Assembly (NCBI GenBank): GCA_000934665.2
Contig: KZ538793.1
Coordinates: forward strand, 1 to 64,000
Source: Catajapyx aquilonaris
Lineage: Eukaryota
Length of the DNA stretch: 64,000 bases
Direction: 5' to 3'
The position numbers were made by a program, and so were the translations under genes. Under the pieces are notes generated by a model that saw only the letters and a program-made list of their open reading frames with translations, had not been told where the DNA came from and did no database searches. The first letter of the stretch is position 1. Every line of letters starts with the position of its first letter. Below are positions 63,562 to 64,000 of the stretch, in pieces.

Positions 63562-64000
63562 TATGCTAAATTTCTTCCCTGATTGGTTATGATTTCATGG
63601 TGCAATACGTAAATAAAGGCTCTGCAGAGCCATGACGGCTGATCCCTACGAACCAACCAACCAGCCAGTCACTAAAAAGGGACCACTGTAAAGTGCTACA
63701 TACTCGTAACTGTATTACCAAGAGTACGGTACCGGATTTAACAGCCTTGGCTATTACAGACTTTAGGTTACAGCAGTCTCGAAAGGCTGGTCCCGCAATA
63801 CTTCCATACATGGCCAGTGCATTTAGCTACTACAGAGTACAGACCTCGGATTTAACAGACTGATTTCCGCGGTCCATTGAAGCCTGTGATATCCGGAGTC
63901 TGCTGTATTATTATTAAGAGTTAAATTCCCGCATTTCTGTAAATTCTTAAGCTGAGAAGGCAGAAGTAGAATGTTAAATAGACCATGGTAGGAACCAACC

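Noticed and set aside
1..64000. Conserved microRNAs or additional Hox/ParaHox exons
   Set aside because: No recognisable mature miRNA (mir-10, iab-4 and bantam checked by eye) and no second homeobox seen; an Rfam/BLASTX search would be needed to exclude them.

Overview
Eukaryotic (most likely arthropod/panarthropod) genomic DNA. The only well-supported protein-coding gene is a three-exon even-skipped (eve/Evx) homeobox gene on the + strand: 22015-22225, 31554-31726 and 33949-34611, giving 348 aa with phase-compatible GT-AG junctions, a 9.3 kb intron 1 and a 2.2 kb intron 2. It sits in a gene-poor landscape where non-repetitive GC-richer blocks (candidate cis-regulatory modules) alternate with AT-rich DNA full of small transposons. 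These include Tc1/mariner, hAT and PIF/Harbinger-type MITEs with readable target-site duplications (TSDs), a mariner transposase remnant, a foldback-like element, and several tRNA-derived SINE families that appear to have exchanged head, middle and tail modules. There is also a tRNA-like cloverleaf with an extended anticodon arm, and possible 5' exons of a divergent minus-strand neighbour near 5.6-6.1 kb. No prokaryotic systems (CRISPR, operons) are present, and nearly all other ORFs in the track look spurious. Coordinates and matches were read by eye, and no searches were run.
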